From Lytechinus pictus (taxonomy: Eukaryota), in contig NC_087256.1 in assembly GCF_037042905.1 (NCBI RefSeq), positions 27,962,001 through 28,026,000 on the forward strand: a stretch of 64,000 nucleotides of DNA, read 5' to 3'. Position 1 is the stretch's first letter. Each line of letters begins with the position of its first letter. The position numbers were made by a program, and so were the translations under genes. A model generated the notes under the pieces. It was given only the letters and a program-made list of their open reading frames with translations. It had not been told where the DNA came from and did not search any database. Positions 25,400 to 37,712 of this stretch are shown here, one piece after another.

Positions 25400-26103
25400 T
25401 TACGACGAATCGTCGCCTTTTCTTTGCTTGTGACTTGCAAACGCAACACCAATTTTCTTACTGAGCCACGCTACCTTCTGGATAATCATCTCCTGGGCAA
25501 GAGCGATACACATTGACATTATGGCCATACCGAGGAGAATAAAGAAGGTACATGCCAGCAGGTTCTTTTGGTGATGCGGTACCAAATCACCAAAGCCAAT
25601 GGTGGTCAGAGTTATAAACGAGAAGTAGAAGGCTTCGAAGTAGCTCCACTGGTCCTCCCATGCTTGAAGTAGACACGCCAGGAAACAGATGTAGAGAAAA
25701 GCGAACACGAGAATGAAAGTTAGAGGAATCTGGGCTTCCGCTTCCGGTGGCTTTTCTTCCTCACCCTCAACAGCTGCTGAATCTCCTTTTTCGACCGCGC
25801 CTGCGCTCTCACCGTTTTTCCCTTGGATATCGATCTTATGCGAGTCCCCATCATCGCCCTTCCATCCCTCGTCGATGACCTCCTGTGCTCGTGGATCACG
25901 CTGGAAGGTGACGACGTCCGTTTCGTCCTTGCTGCGTTTCTTCTTGATCCATCTGAGGATGCGCCTGTAGCCAAGCGTTGCCCCACGGGCCAGGAGAGTA
26001 CCGATGCTGGCAAGCACGAGTAAGAGAAGGGCTATTCCGAAGACTGCGTACACCATGCAGAATACACGGCCACCAACCGTCACCGGGGCTATGTTACCAT
26101 ATC
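25400..26103 (-). CDS. K2P potassium channel gene B, coding exon 2 (rest of P1, M2, long loop, M3, P2, M4, stop); TRESK/KCNK18-like or invertebrate TWK-like
   Basis: Acceptor AACACAG|GA TAT GGT joins exon 1 in frame (TTIG-YGNIAPVT). P2 reads WSYFEAFYFSFITLTTIGFGDLVP and the stop TAA is at 25400. The joined CDS is 577+704=1281 nt, or 426 aa. The long M2-M3 loop suggests TRESK-like (inference). Confidence 0.93.
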
Positions 26104-27296
26104 CTGTGTTCAATTTGACAAACAGAAAGAAGAAAACGTCATTTGAAAAATGAGAAAATTGGCAATTCGCAAGTAGTAAGAACCAGGGATGGTCCAATTT
26201 TCAGATCGTCTCCAGACGATCTGAAAATTGGACCATCTGCTTATAAACCACCATATTTCATCAATAAGCAATTTCATCCCAAATAATGGAAATGTTTATG
26301 ATATCAAAAGAAGAAACATTCGATCGGTCACTATTTTTATTTTTGAAAGAATATTTCTGACCGAGTTCTGCTCCATCTTCCAAAACACATCTTAAGAAAA
26401 CAAATGTGCCCAAATGAAGAAATGGAGATAATTACCCAATCACATCTCCAGGTATATTAGTTGTATAAATACTTGCCATGGTGAGGGAAGGAAATCTATT
26501 CAAAATTTTGAAGACAGAAAACCCTCTGCATAACATCCAATTTTCAATTCAATTTGGATGTTTCATTACCAACACAATTTGCAATAATGGATTCATCAGC
26601 ATACCATATGGACTGCAATCAAGCGTAGATACAACAAAAATTACTTGGAAATATTGAATCACTTCTTGGGGACACTGTTAAAAACTCCGGAGTTGATTTA
26701 ACACACAGCGCGGAATCTATATATGACCACGTGCATACACGTGTTAAAACAGCACTGGTTTGGTTTTGGGCTAACACCAGATAGATGTTTAAACATTACT
26801 AATTAAAAGATTACCGGTTCGATTCCTGTCTGGTTGTTTCATTTCTTCTCGGGTGAGGTCATATATAGATTCTTTTTGCAGTGTGTTTTCAATTTCGGTT
26901 CGATTTATTCCAGACGTTCATGAAGGAATGGGTTCCGATCAACTTTGTGAAAAAGTAACACAACATGGTCTGATTTTGTCGAATAAGAATTTATATCTTG
27001 ACCTTTAAACTGGAAAAAGTGTTCGTTTTACAAAATATCAGAATTAATTATTTTGCGAAAGAAACTAAAATTAATTTTAATAGTCAACACTATTTTATCA
27101 CAACCTGCATGTGTGGTTTATAACAACAAGGCACACTGCTAATCAGGTAATCTTAGACTCTGTACAGGGGTAAATGATGAAGCCTGATGAATCAATATTT
27201 GGATTGAAATTTTTTTTTTTTTAATGTCACGCAGAAAATATCACGCCTGAGTTGACCGCAATTAATCAGGAGCCGGGCTTGTTCTATCGTGGCGAA

Positions 27297-27570
27297 TGAT
27301 ATTTGATTAGATTTAAGAACGGCATTCATAGAGACAATGTATACATGAACAAAAAAAAGTAAAGTTGAAGATATTATGGACAGGTTTGATGCTCTAAATA
27401 TATGACTGGAATACTTTTCTGATAAAGAATTGGAAGAATATCAAATAAAAAGTTATACTGAGAAAGTCTGAAAAGGGGAGACACGAGTATATAGACAAAA
27501 AAATCACAAAAATATGTTGTACATAGATGAGAATCTTAACTTAGCTAAAAAACAAGAATATGCGTGAGCT
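27297..27570 (+). mobile_element. Probable LINE ORF1 remnant
   Basis: Broken frames YLIRFKNGIHRDNVYMNKKK* and MLYIDENLNLAKKQEY resemble the C-terminal part of LINE ORF1 proteins. It lies upstream of, and co-oriented with, the RT fragment. Confidence 0.4.
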
Positions 27571-28279
27571 CAGTTGTTTCAATAAATTGCTTACTATTGA
27601 TGTCCTTGAATATTGTTTAATCTCTAGCAATAACTCCTGCTTTGGGTCATTTTTTTTATTTTGTTTATGTGTCGGTTTGGAAGAATCCGCTTAGACAAAT
27701 AATCATTTCATTTAACTTCTCCTGTAAAACTATACTACCACAAGGGTGACCCAGTTTCCAAGCCAACTTAATTCGTGACTATGAGAGGGTCTGCATTTAG
27801 TTTCCTGTTTTAGTTATTGTCATTATAAGAAACAGGTAGATATTGCTTTCATACAAAAATCCATGGTAGGTCCCGAGCATAGCTTAAAGACCAAGTCAAA
27901 CCCAACCACACGTTAATTTGAAATAAAGATCACAATAAGCATTTCCTTGACAGTCAAATCAAAATCGCATGTAAATTAAGAAAGTTAGCAGGTTGTGACG
28001 TTTGTATTTATTTAAATTTGTTACTAAGCAGTTGTATGGACATGCACTTTTGTATGCAAGTTAGGGTGGTGGTAATTTTATGAACTATTTATTATTCTGT
28101 TGCATGAAATATTCTCTAAAAAAATATATTTTGTGATAAAGAAGTCATTCATTGACCTATATAATATTAAATGATGATGACTTGAAAATGTTACATGAGG
28201 ACCAAATTATATCATTGACGGAAACTGGACGTATTTGACTTTTCAAATAAAAAAAAAGATAATTGTATTCAATATGTAC

Positions 28280-29153
28280 TTGGCTCCCTCGTCAGCCGTT
28301 GGAGGTTGTCGATGATTGCAAGTATTTGGGCATTGTGATAGATAAACATTTGTCCTGGAAAGGCCAAATATATAATGTCAAGTCTAAATTACTTCCAAAT
28401 TTTTTTTTCATGCTAGGAAGAGCGAGGCCGTACTTTGACGACATAACTGCGATGATTTTATATCAAACAATCATACAGCCCCATTTCGGATACATTTGAA
28501 TGCATCCCAATTCCCAATCGTTAAAAAGATTACAAATTGTTCAGAACAGGGCTTTGCGTCCTGTTTTGCAAGTAGAATTTCAGCATAATAGAGTTGACCT
28601 ATTCAAGAGAGTTAAGGTTGACGGCTTTAATGTAAGAATAAGAAAGGATTAAGTAACTCTCATTTTCAAACTGTTGAATTATCTAGCACCTGATCTTATA
28701 TGCTCCAGGTTATGTACAAAACTAGTTCATACTCATTAAGAAATACAGAAAGAACATCAGTTTTAGATAAACCAAATACAAACATTTTGAAATTAAGCAG
28801 CCTTTATAAGCATCGCAGATTTTTAATGAACTTCCTCAACTGATACGGAATGAAGTAAATCTGTCTTCTTTTATCAGAGGCATATCAAACGTATTTCACA
28901 TGGTGTTTTAAGCACATTGAGATGCTGTATTTTGTGTGTGGATGTATTGCGTGAGTGTGTGTGTATGTATTTATGTATATATGTGCGTGTAATGAATTAT
29001 TATCATTAATGCTATTATGAAAAAAAGTATAAATTTGATTTGTTGTTTTTATATATTTTGTAACTTTTATTTTTACGGACTTGCTGAAAAACAGCCTTGT
29101 TGGCTGATAGCAAGTTTTTTTTTACCGTATTGAAATAAATAAAACAAACAAAC
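28280..29153 (+). mobile_element. Degenerate CR1/L2-group LINE, RT C-terminal region and 3' tail
   Basis: LEVVDDCKYLGIVIDKHLSWKGQI...ILYQTIIQPHFGY, then KRLQIVQNRALR after a disruption. Ends in an AATAAATAAAACAAACAAAC tail. Confidence 0.8.
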
Positions 29154-30223
29154 ATATCAGTAATCACCAATGGGTTACATAATTGTTTTTCGCAAAAACA
29201 GGCGTAAAATGAAAAATGTCATAACTTTTTTTAGATCCGATTTTGATAAACAACTTCTGATTCATCTGCACTTATTAGTCAACTTCACGTTGGGGGTCGA
29301 CTTAACCGTTAAATGTTTAATTTATATCTGCAACTCTGCAAGCCAGACACAAACACACATTCAACATGTTTTAAACACATTTCATGTGATTGGCATAGCG
29401 TTTATATCACCCAGCCCTACATAGCGCTGTTTAATTAGACTGGTTAATTTAGGTACATATCAAACTGCTGATCTAGCTCGAATTGACAGTTGTAATTAAG
29501 GCGGTGATTTTGTCCCACCGGATTCCGGGTCGCGATGCTGATATAAGAGGCAGATATCCACAACGCGTGGGTTGATGTAAAAAACAGAAATACTAATCAG
29601 GTTAATATTAATCGATTGGGTTCTATTCCAGGGGAATTCCACACGAGGAGAAGTGAAGTACAGCGTGCAGTCACGTGCCAATAATTGAATTTGTACTTGG
29701 ATGTACTACTCTATCATCTATATGCCTTGATCGATTGCCCAGAATATTAACCCATCTCCTGATCGAATGTTTGTTTATACGAATGTTCACACTAAACTAA
29801 ATGGTAATGACTTAACATGTTCCATGAGGAATAACACCAACTCTACATTGGTACTGGTGAAATTTGGACATAATTATTTGACTTTTAAAACTAACATAAG
29901 TGACCAGCTTGGGGCCAAACTAACTATTTCTGAGATAAACATTATGTTAAGACGGTGAGCGGATTGGAATTTAAAGGTATTGTTTAACTTTGTGAGCAGC
30001 CGATTTAAAAAATTCTCAAACCAAGATGAAACATGTGTACAAGTGCATGTATTAGAACTAATACACCCTGAAAACAACCATTATTGAGAATGAAAAGCTA
30101 AAACTACAAGGCAAACCCAGATTTTGTAAATAGGCGTCTTATAGACGCCTAAATAGTACACATAAGTGTATGGAATGAAATTAAGATGGTGTTTCCGGTC
30201 ACTTTATATTTCAATTTTTGAAG

Positions 30224-30424
30224 CGATAGCTCAGTGGAGGCGCGATAGCTAAGTCGGTAGAGCGGGGGACTCGTATTCCGGTGAATAAGGCATTAATCCT
30301 CTGTACCAGGTCCTTCGGAGGGGACCTTAAGCCGTCGGTCCTCTGGTTGCTTGCTTACAAGCATTCATGCTTTCTTAGCAATCAGGTAAAAAAATCACCA
30401 CCAATCAATCACCAACCAATCAAG
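30224..30424 (+). mobile_element. Internally deleted tRNA-headed SINE
   Basis: GATAGCTAAGTCGGTAGAGCG A-box head, GTCCTTCGGAGGGACCTTAAGCCGTCGGTCC core and (CAAT/CAAC)n tail. Confidence 0.55.
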
Positions 30425-31803
30425 CACTAAATAATGATTTTCGGACGCGATTTTTCTGGGTTTCATTTTTGTAACATATCACAGACACAGGTGACAAGTG
30501 TGACCTTCTAGCTCAGATTTTTTTAAAGTCAAACCAATGTTAACCAATCACTTTAAGAGTTCCAGATGGTCAATGGACTATTTTCGTCTAACCTCAATTT
30601 TGTTAAAAGATACATTTCCATCAAATTAAACCCACAAGCATTTGGTATAATGACCGATTTGTATAATCTAGTCCCATATATTGATGAATAGGCCTAAAGG
30701 CCCTTTATATACTTCCGTGTGTGTGTGTGTGGGGGGGGGGGGGGTCTGGTCATTGAAATATATAAATGCGCGGTTATCATTGTTATATTAATATATAAAA
30801 TGGAAAATAGACCTGCTAAATACATAGTATTAGGATTAGGATTCGGGTTAGTGGTAGTGTTTGGAGTAGGGTTAAGGGTATATAGGGTTAGGGTGGCTGT
30901 CGCAAAAGGAACTCTTTCCAAGAAACTTTCAAAAGACTAAAACGATATATCAGACCAAAGAATAATTATATAGACCGAGTGGGTTGTAGCCCCAAATGGT
31001 GAATACATGAGGTACAGAACCGTGGACAAAAAGACACAACTTGTAAAGCGAATCATAAACAAAGTATACGAGGTGATAATGGGACCAATATTGGTCACTA
31101 AATGTATTGGTAATTAAACCAAGTGGGTATGAGACATCGCAGCCTTTAATCAAGGCCCTGTGTCTATTATGATATTTATATCACATACCTACCGACTGGA
31201 AAAAAAGACTATTTGCAAAAAAGTCGAGTGAGTGCGAGGATTTCGAGCTTGCTTACACGCAGGTTTTAGAGCTTAGACCAAATAGCGATTAGACAAAATT
31301 AATAGCAGACCATATAAGTATATCCGATGTGATGTTAAACAGTCAGATTCATTGTTGTTTAGTGATATTCAACCTCCTCGTATACAGTTACAATATGTTG
31401 TAATGTGTGTTTGTATGCAGTGGATCCATGTTGAGAGCATGAACCTTTTAGGTGACCAAAATGTACGGTCAATGTGCCCGCGAATTTTGGTCACTTTATC
31501 AAAACAATAAATAGGCCTATGCTGTTGCCGAAATCTGCAATAACATAGTTACCGAAATGTTCCGTAACATAGTTAAGTCACAGTAATTGCATGCTTTGGA
31601 TATGTATATCAGAATGTAGCCTTTGGGCAAGTTATCGCGCCATTTTTTCAGGCTCATTTAGGCCGTGTAGAGGGAAATAGCAACTCCGAATCCATTGGTT
31701 GAAGGCCAACCGAAATGTACAATCTGCCAAACTGTGCCGTAACAGTAACACCCCAATTCTTTTCTTCATTCAATAGCACAGTCTGAATCAAGGATACGTA
31801 AAC

Positions 31804-32007
31804 TATGGTGGCCCTGAAGGGACATCGCATAAAGACCAAATCGCGAATATTCACGAAGAAATTGGCGACGAAATTCACGACGTCGCCAATTTCGTCGTGA
31901 ATTTCGTCGTCGATTGAAATATTCACGACGAAATTGGCGACGTCGTGAATTTCGTCGTGAATATTCGCGATTTGGTCTATATGCGATGTCCCTTCAGGGC
32001 CACCATA
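31804..32007. mobile_element. 204-bp MITE with ~53-bp TIRs and 6-bp TSD
   Basis: TATGGTGGCCCTGAAGGGACATCGCATA... is mirrored at the right end. TSD GTAAAC at 31798-31803 and 32008-32013. The interior is built of nested CACGACGAAATT/AATTTCGTCGTG palindromic units. Confidence 0.9.
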
Positions 32008-32070
32008 GTAAACACCTCGATATTGCACATTGAACAATAACCGGGTACTTATACAAAGAGTATGACGAAA

Positions 32071-32097
32071 CTGGGAAATCCCGCGGGGAATTCCCAG
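32071..32097. promoter_or_regulatory. Paired NF-kB/Rel-like sites upstream of the KCTD-like gene
   Basis: GGGAAATCCC (32073-32082) and GGGGAATTCCC (32085-32095) both fit GGGRNWYYCC. Together they form an imperfect palindrome about 110 bp before the ATG. Confidence 0.6.
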
Positions 32098-32205
32098 ATC
32101 TCGCTGATGGCATAGACATCTGTTTAATGAAACCGTTCAAATCAGTTGCTCTTTCGACATTCTGTACAAAGCATCAGCAAATGAAACACAGCTCCTTTAT
32201 CCAGC

Positions 32206-33237
32206 ATGGCTGATGAACACGAAGTCAGCAGACAAGATAACTATGTTGGCTTGAATGTTGGTGGAAAGATCTTCAAGACCTCTCGTTCCACGTTGTTATG
32301 TATTCCTGGCAGTTTCTTTTCGAGCTTACTAGAAGGCTCCGTCCCATCGGCTAAAGATGACCAAGGGAATTTTCTTATCGACCAAGACGGTAAAATATTC
32401 CGCCACGTCCTCAATTTCCTGAGGTATGGCAAACTAGTGCTACCAGAAGGCTTCGGTGAGTACAGTCTCCTCGAATGCCAGGCAGATTTTTTCCAGCTTG
32501 AGAAACTCTCAGAGTATATCGAGAGACATGTGTCGATGATGTCAGTTGGACTCATGTTTCCAGATGGAAAGATTTTCTATACCACTAAGGATATCTTATT
32601 GAAAGAGGAAAAGTCATTCTTTACCAAGATGTTGAGTGGAGAAGCTGTCGTTCCTAGGGACTTCCAGGGAATCTACATCTTGAAAAGGGGTGACAGCAAA
32701 GTGTTTCATCATATCATTAACTACCTCGAAAAGGGTGTAATTTTCGACCCACTCAACGAAAATGAATTGGACAGTCTCGAGAAGGAAGCCAAACACTTCG
32801 GACTCCACTTATTTGCAGATCACTTAAAGAGTGTTCGGTTCATGATATCGAGGCGAAGAGACGAAGGATTACATATCCATTTCTATTACTGTGTGAATTC
32901 CCCATGTGTTGTCTACAAAACGCTCCATGGCGGCTATGATAGGGATTTGACCTATTATGGTTCATGTGCAGACAAACCTGATAAAACTCGTAATTTATTG
33001 CACAACCGATCTACAGTATATAAAGGAATGGAGTCTGGAGTTGTTGACATGGAGATCATTAATAGCACCAAGCCTGCTAGTTTAGGTGATGTGATGTCCT
33101 ATTTAGAAGAGAAAGGAGGACCAAATCGCATTCCTAGTAAGCCTAAACAGAGTCATCTTAGCCAAGGCTGCATCAGATTAGAAGTCTTACCTAATCCAAA
33201 TATCAATTTTTATCCAAGACAGTATCATAAAACGTAA
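32206..33237 (+). CDS. KCTD-like protein with two tandem BTB/T1 domains, intronless CDS, 343 aa, nested antisense in the K2P gene B intron
   Basis: BTB_2 signature VGLNVGGKIFKTSRSTL...FLIDQDGKIFRHVLNFLRYG...QADFFQL (aa ~12-105). A second, diverged copy reads VGLMFPDGKIFYTTKDIL...GDSKVFHHIINYLEKG...EAKHFGL (aa ~113-205). The ORF is uninterrupted. Confidence 0.9.
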   Translation: MADEHEVSRQDNYVGLNVGGKIFKTSRSTLLCIPGSFFSSLLEGSVPSAKDDQGNFLIDQDGKIFRHVLNFLRYGKLVLPEGFGEYSLLECQADFFQLEKLSEYIERHVSMMSVGLMFPDGKIFYTTKDILLKEEKSFFTKMLSGEAVVPRDFQGIYILKRGDSKVFHHIINYLEKGVIFDPLNENELDSLEKEAKHFGLHLFADHLKSVRFMISRRRDEGLHIHFYYCVNSPCVVYKTLHGGYDRDLTYYGSCADKPDKTRNLLHNRSTVYKGMESGVVDMEIINSTKPASLGDVMSYLEEKGGPNRIPSKPKQSHLSQGCIRLEVLPNPNINFYPRQYHKT

Positions 33238-34888
33238 AAATTACCATATGATTGTGATTTTTTGCATGGTCAGCCCCCCCACTTTATGCTCAGCCCCCAC
33301 TTTGAAAATCGTTCCGCGGCCCCTGTATCACATGATATTTCTATCAAGAAATAGGTATATATCATTTTCAGATCATCTCATATAATCAAACGAATAATGG
33401 TTTTGACAATTTAACAAACAAAATTCAGTTATAATTCCACAATTTGTTATGGAATTTTACTACCACATGTGCACAGTATCCCCAGTTACAATAACTATAA
33501 ACCTGGGTTTATTAAGTTAGGCCTTTTAATGTGTTTGCGAACCGATTTAAGCTTTGAAGAACAATTCCGAGAAGTTGAAACTGACGAGTAAAGTACACTA
33601 AAAAAACACTGAGTAAAATTTTTACACAATATTGAGTAGAAAGGGAACATCATGCATGTTTGCTGGATATTTTCTTTTATATTGGGCTATTCCAACGCAA
33701 CATTGCGTAAAATTTACAAAATATTGGGTATCCTTTTACCCAACAAACATGCACGTTCCCATTTTACCCAATATTGGGTAAACTTTTTTTAGAGTGTATT
33801 AGCTCTACGGTACCTCTATGATGAATCTAAGAAAAAAGACCCTTCCAAGAAGGATCTACCTCGTGAGGATCGAAGAAAAGACGGATCAATGCCGATGTCG
33901 AAAACTTGGCTGGTCTTCGGCTATCTTGTGCTGATCTACACTTGGGTATATATGCCGTTTATCGGTCATGCCGCTGACCCATGAATCTCAGTGATGAATC
34001 TTAATGATCATAACCTCTTATCCTAAGTAACTCAACTAATGTATAACTGTCTAATCCGTAATTATGTAATCCGTAACCATAAATTAATTCGCCAACTAAA
34101 ATACAAATTATTGAATGAGGTGGTGTAATATCTATAGAAACTAAGTTCAATTACAATTCCTGTAAATGTTTAATCATTCAAAATAAAGATATCTCTTGAC
34201 TTTCATTATATTTCATGACTAAACAGTTATAAGCAAATTGAACTGCAAACTAAGGACATACATGTATGCAAAAGTGTTCGGTTAAGACTATCTAGTAAAT
34301 CTCACTTTGGTTAACTTCATCTCGGTAGATGCTTTGATAAAGCAACTATTCAAAATATCGTATAAAATACACATCAAACTCTTGTCCAAGATAATAAGAA
34401 AATACAAATAATACATATATAGCAACATAGACAAGAGATAGCAAATGAATTCTACAATTATTTTATCCTACTTATAGAACATGATTTTGTTATACTACAA
34501 TGGAATTGCCAAAATGGTCTTAATCTTAACACTATCCAGAAAACCATGTTGGTATGGTAATGTCATGATACACTATGCTATTCTGTAATTATTTTATGGA
34601 AATGGAAGAAGATTCATTTATTTAATTGCTGATTCATTCATAATTTGTTCTAAAACTTGCATATTTAAATCCCTTAAAAGTTTCTGTAAATAGATATTTC
34701 GCCGTATTTGCTTGAATTATGCAGGAATAATGACCATTTGTTCGTGGGAGAACTATACTTTTTGGTGGACTCCTCATTTCTTTATATATAATATAGATTT
34801 CGATTTGATTTTCTATAACCTATTATTTTGTAAATATATATGTATAGGCCTAAACCATTCTATTTTATGGAAATAGAATAAAAGTCTT

Positions 34889-36032
34889 GAATTGCGAATC
34901 TTGAACTTTTTCTTACTTTAAAAAAAATATATGGGGACATTGCAGAAAGAGATGCGATCGAACGCAACTATAACAATCAAACGCGACTACATTTTCAACC
35001 AACCAGAAGCACGTATTCTGAACTTGCGTTTCATTCTTTGACTTGCATTTAAACACAATACTTTCTGCAACGTGCCCGTGTAGAGAATGGCCCGTATTCT
35101 GAAGTCAGGTTTAAATTAGACCATGGTCTAACTCTGTGCTAAAATTATGGGAAGCCATAAGTGTCATAAATCTTTATCAAGTTTTATTTTTCTTATGTTT
35201 ACTGTGCTCTTTCCTGATTCATCGATGGTGAAGACAATCATATATTTATACTTCCTAGACAATTATGAATGATTTGAGAGCCAAATGAGCTGAATGATTT
35301 ATGTAACAATTGGCTATCCATACTTAATTCATAACTTTAAACCTGAGTTTAAGTTAAACCCGACTTCAGAATACGAGCCTATATGTGTTTGAAATCCAAT
35401 ATTCTTCATTTACATTTACAAATGGAAAGAAATATGTTAAAGAAAGAGAACTCCCGAAAAGAATTGCGAATCTTGAACTTTTTCTTACTTTAAAAAAAAT
35501 ATATGGGGACATTGCAGAAAGAGATGCGATCGAACGCAACTATAACAATCAAACGCGACTACATTTTCAACCAACCAGAAGCACGTATTCTGAACTTGCG
35601 TTTCATTCTTTGACTTGCATTTAAACACAATACTTTCTGCAACGTGCCCGTGTAGAGAATGGCCCGTATTCTGAAGTCAGGTTTAAATTAGACCATGGTC
35701 TAACTCTGTGCTAAAATTATGGGAAGCCATAAGTGTCATAAATCTTTATCAAGTTTTATTTTTCTTATGTTTACTGTGCTCTTTCCTGATTCATCGATGG
35801 TGAAGACAATCATATATTTATACTTCCTAGACAATTATGAATGATTTGAGAGCCAAATGAGCTGAATGATTTATGTAACAATTGGCTATCCATACTTAAT
35901 TCATAACTTTAAACCTGAGTTTAAGTTAAACCCGACTTCAGAATACGAGCCTATATGTGTTTGAAATCCAATATTCTTCATTTACATTTACAAATGGAAA
36001 GAAATATGTTAAAGAAAGAGAACTCCCGAAAA
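34889..36032 (+). repeat. 572-bp tandem duplication; each unit holds two MITEs (34934-35077, 35089-35379)
   Basis: 34889-35460 and 35461-36032 appear identical. Internal TIRs GGGACATTGCAGAAAG/CTTTCTGCAACGTGCCC and GGCCCGTATTCTGAAGTC/GACTTCAGAATACGAGCC. Confidence 0.92.
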
Positions 36033-37712
36033 GGGTGTGAAATAGCATCCAATACATGAATTCCTGTTTCGGGTGTAAAATCTGACATTTTATTGGTTAA
36101 TCAAAATTAGTATATACACTGTAACAACGCTGTGTAGAATTTTAGGCACGTTGCTTGAGTCCGTCACTCTAACAACTATTGTTTAAACTTTTTATGCAAA
36201 CAACTGTTCAAATTTTTCAAACAACTGTTTTAACTATTGAAACAACTTTTAAGCTTTTTAAACAGCTGTTTAAACACGTTGTTTAAAAAGTTTAAACAAC
36301 TTGTTGTTAGAGTGACAAGCTTAAACAACGTGCTATTTGTTTTACTGTGTACTTCAAACCCCGTTAATGGTATCTTTCAGAAGGCTATTTAGAAATTGAA
36401 CACAATAATAAATCCAACTTATTTACTCTATAAACTGATCAGATATTGTTTAAATTTCAAAGACAATGTTTGAAATTTAAATAGCAATGTTCAATATAAA
36501 ACATTAGAACACTTGATAAATGTTTCTGAAATATTTTTTTTTAATGTCAAACAACAACCGTGAGTTCATATTGTAAATCAAGTTATATAAAATTTTATAC
36601 CTGTTGTTAGTTGATATACCCCCTTGGAATTTTCCTCAAACATCAACAACATTTGGGAAGGCCTATTTGTTCTCACAACAGGATATGGCCCTGTATTCCC
36701 ATTCCTGTCATAATGTTACGTGTTGAGCGGTCAGCTGCTCAAACCAATTACAGCCGCAAAATACGCTACGTGTGGGACTGTGAACGACCTGGTCCAGACT
36801 TTTAACCTGACCTAGGGGCCATAATTACAACAGGGGACGGTCTGGTACTTTATTACTGTCATTACTAGGTACACAAATAGACTAATTAATTGACAGATAA
36901 CTAATTTTCAAGACTCCACGCTTATTTGCACGAGAATGCAAGGGGGTAAAAAGTTAGAAATAAAATAAATTAGTAAGCAATATAAGAGAAAAGAGGGAAA
37001 GTGATTCATAGATAGCGCGGTGCTCATATAATTTATGAGTCAGGCAAATCAAAGCAATTGCTGGTGATTTCTTTTCAGAGTCTATATATAGCATTCTAAG
37101 ATAAAACATGTATCAAAATGTAACTTGTATGTATCTCTCAATATGTAACTTGTATGTCCCTTCGTTCAGTTAAGTTATCTTCAATAAATTTGTCATGAAA
37201 TGTCATAGAATTTTACTTATCATTTTGAGTATGTATTATTTTGAACATGTATTTACACTGTTATATCACCTTTTTAAACGGAAATAAATAAATCTAAATG
37301 TAATCTAAATCTATCTCGACCTGTTTGGTTCTGAAGTATCCAGATGTTTCATTTAATGAAATCTAGGATGGAGACTAAAAGAGTTCAGTAGGAAAGACAA
37401 TTCATTGTGATGCTCATGTGGAAAAAATGTGTGGTATGGTCATGATTATTAAATGTACGTCATTTAGTGAAATATCCGTTAAAAACACCGTTGTTTTGCA
37501 TAAATATTCATCATGGAATCATATTTTTGCCCAGGGTAAATTATTCCCCCAAAAAAGATAATAAAAAGGCTAAATAATAAACATCTAAATAATATGAAAT
37601 GAAAATTATTTTAGAAAATTATAAACTCAGCGTCGACCTTTGCAAATCAGGCACTCAAAGCGCTTACTTAGAAAACAACAACAATAATATATTTGAGATA
37701 AAGGTACATCGT

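Noticed and set aside
31654-32037. 127-aa minus-strand ORF
   Set aside because: It arises from the palindromic MITE and has no protein features.
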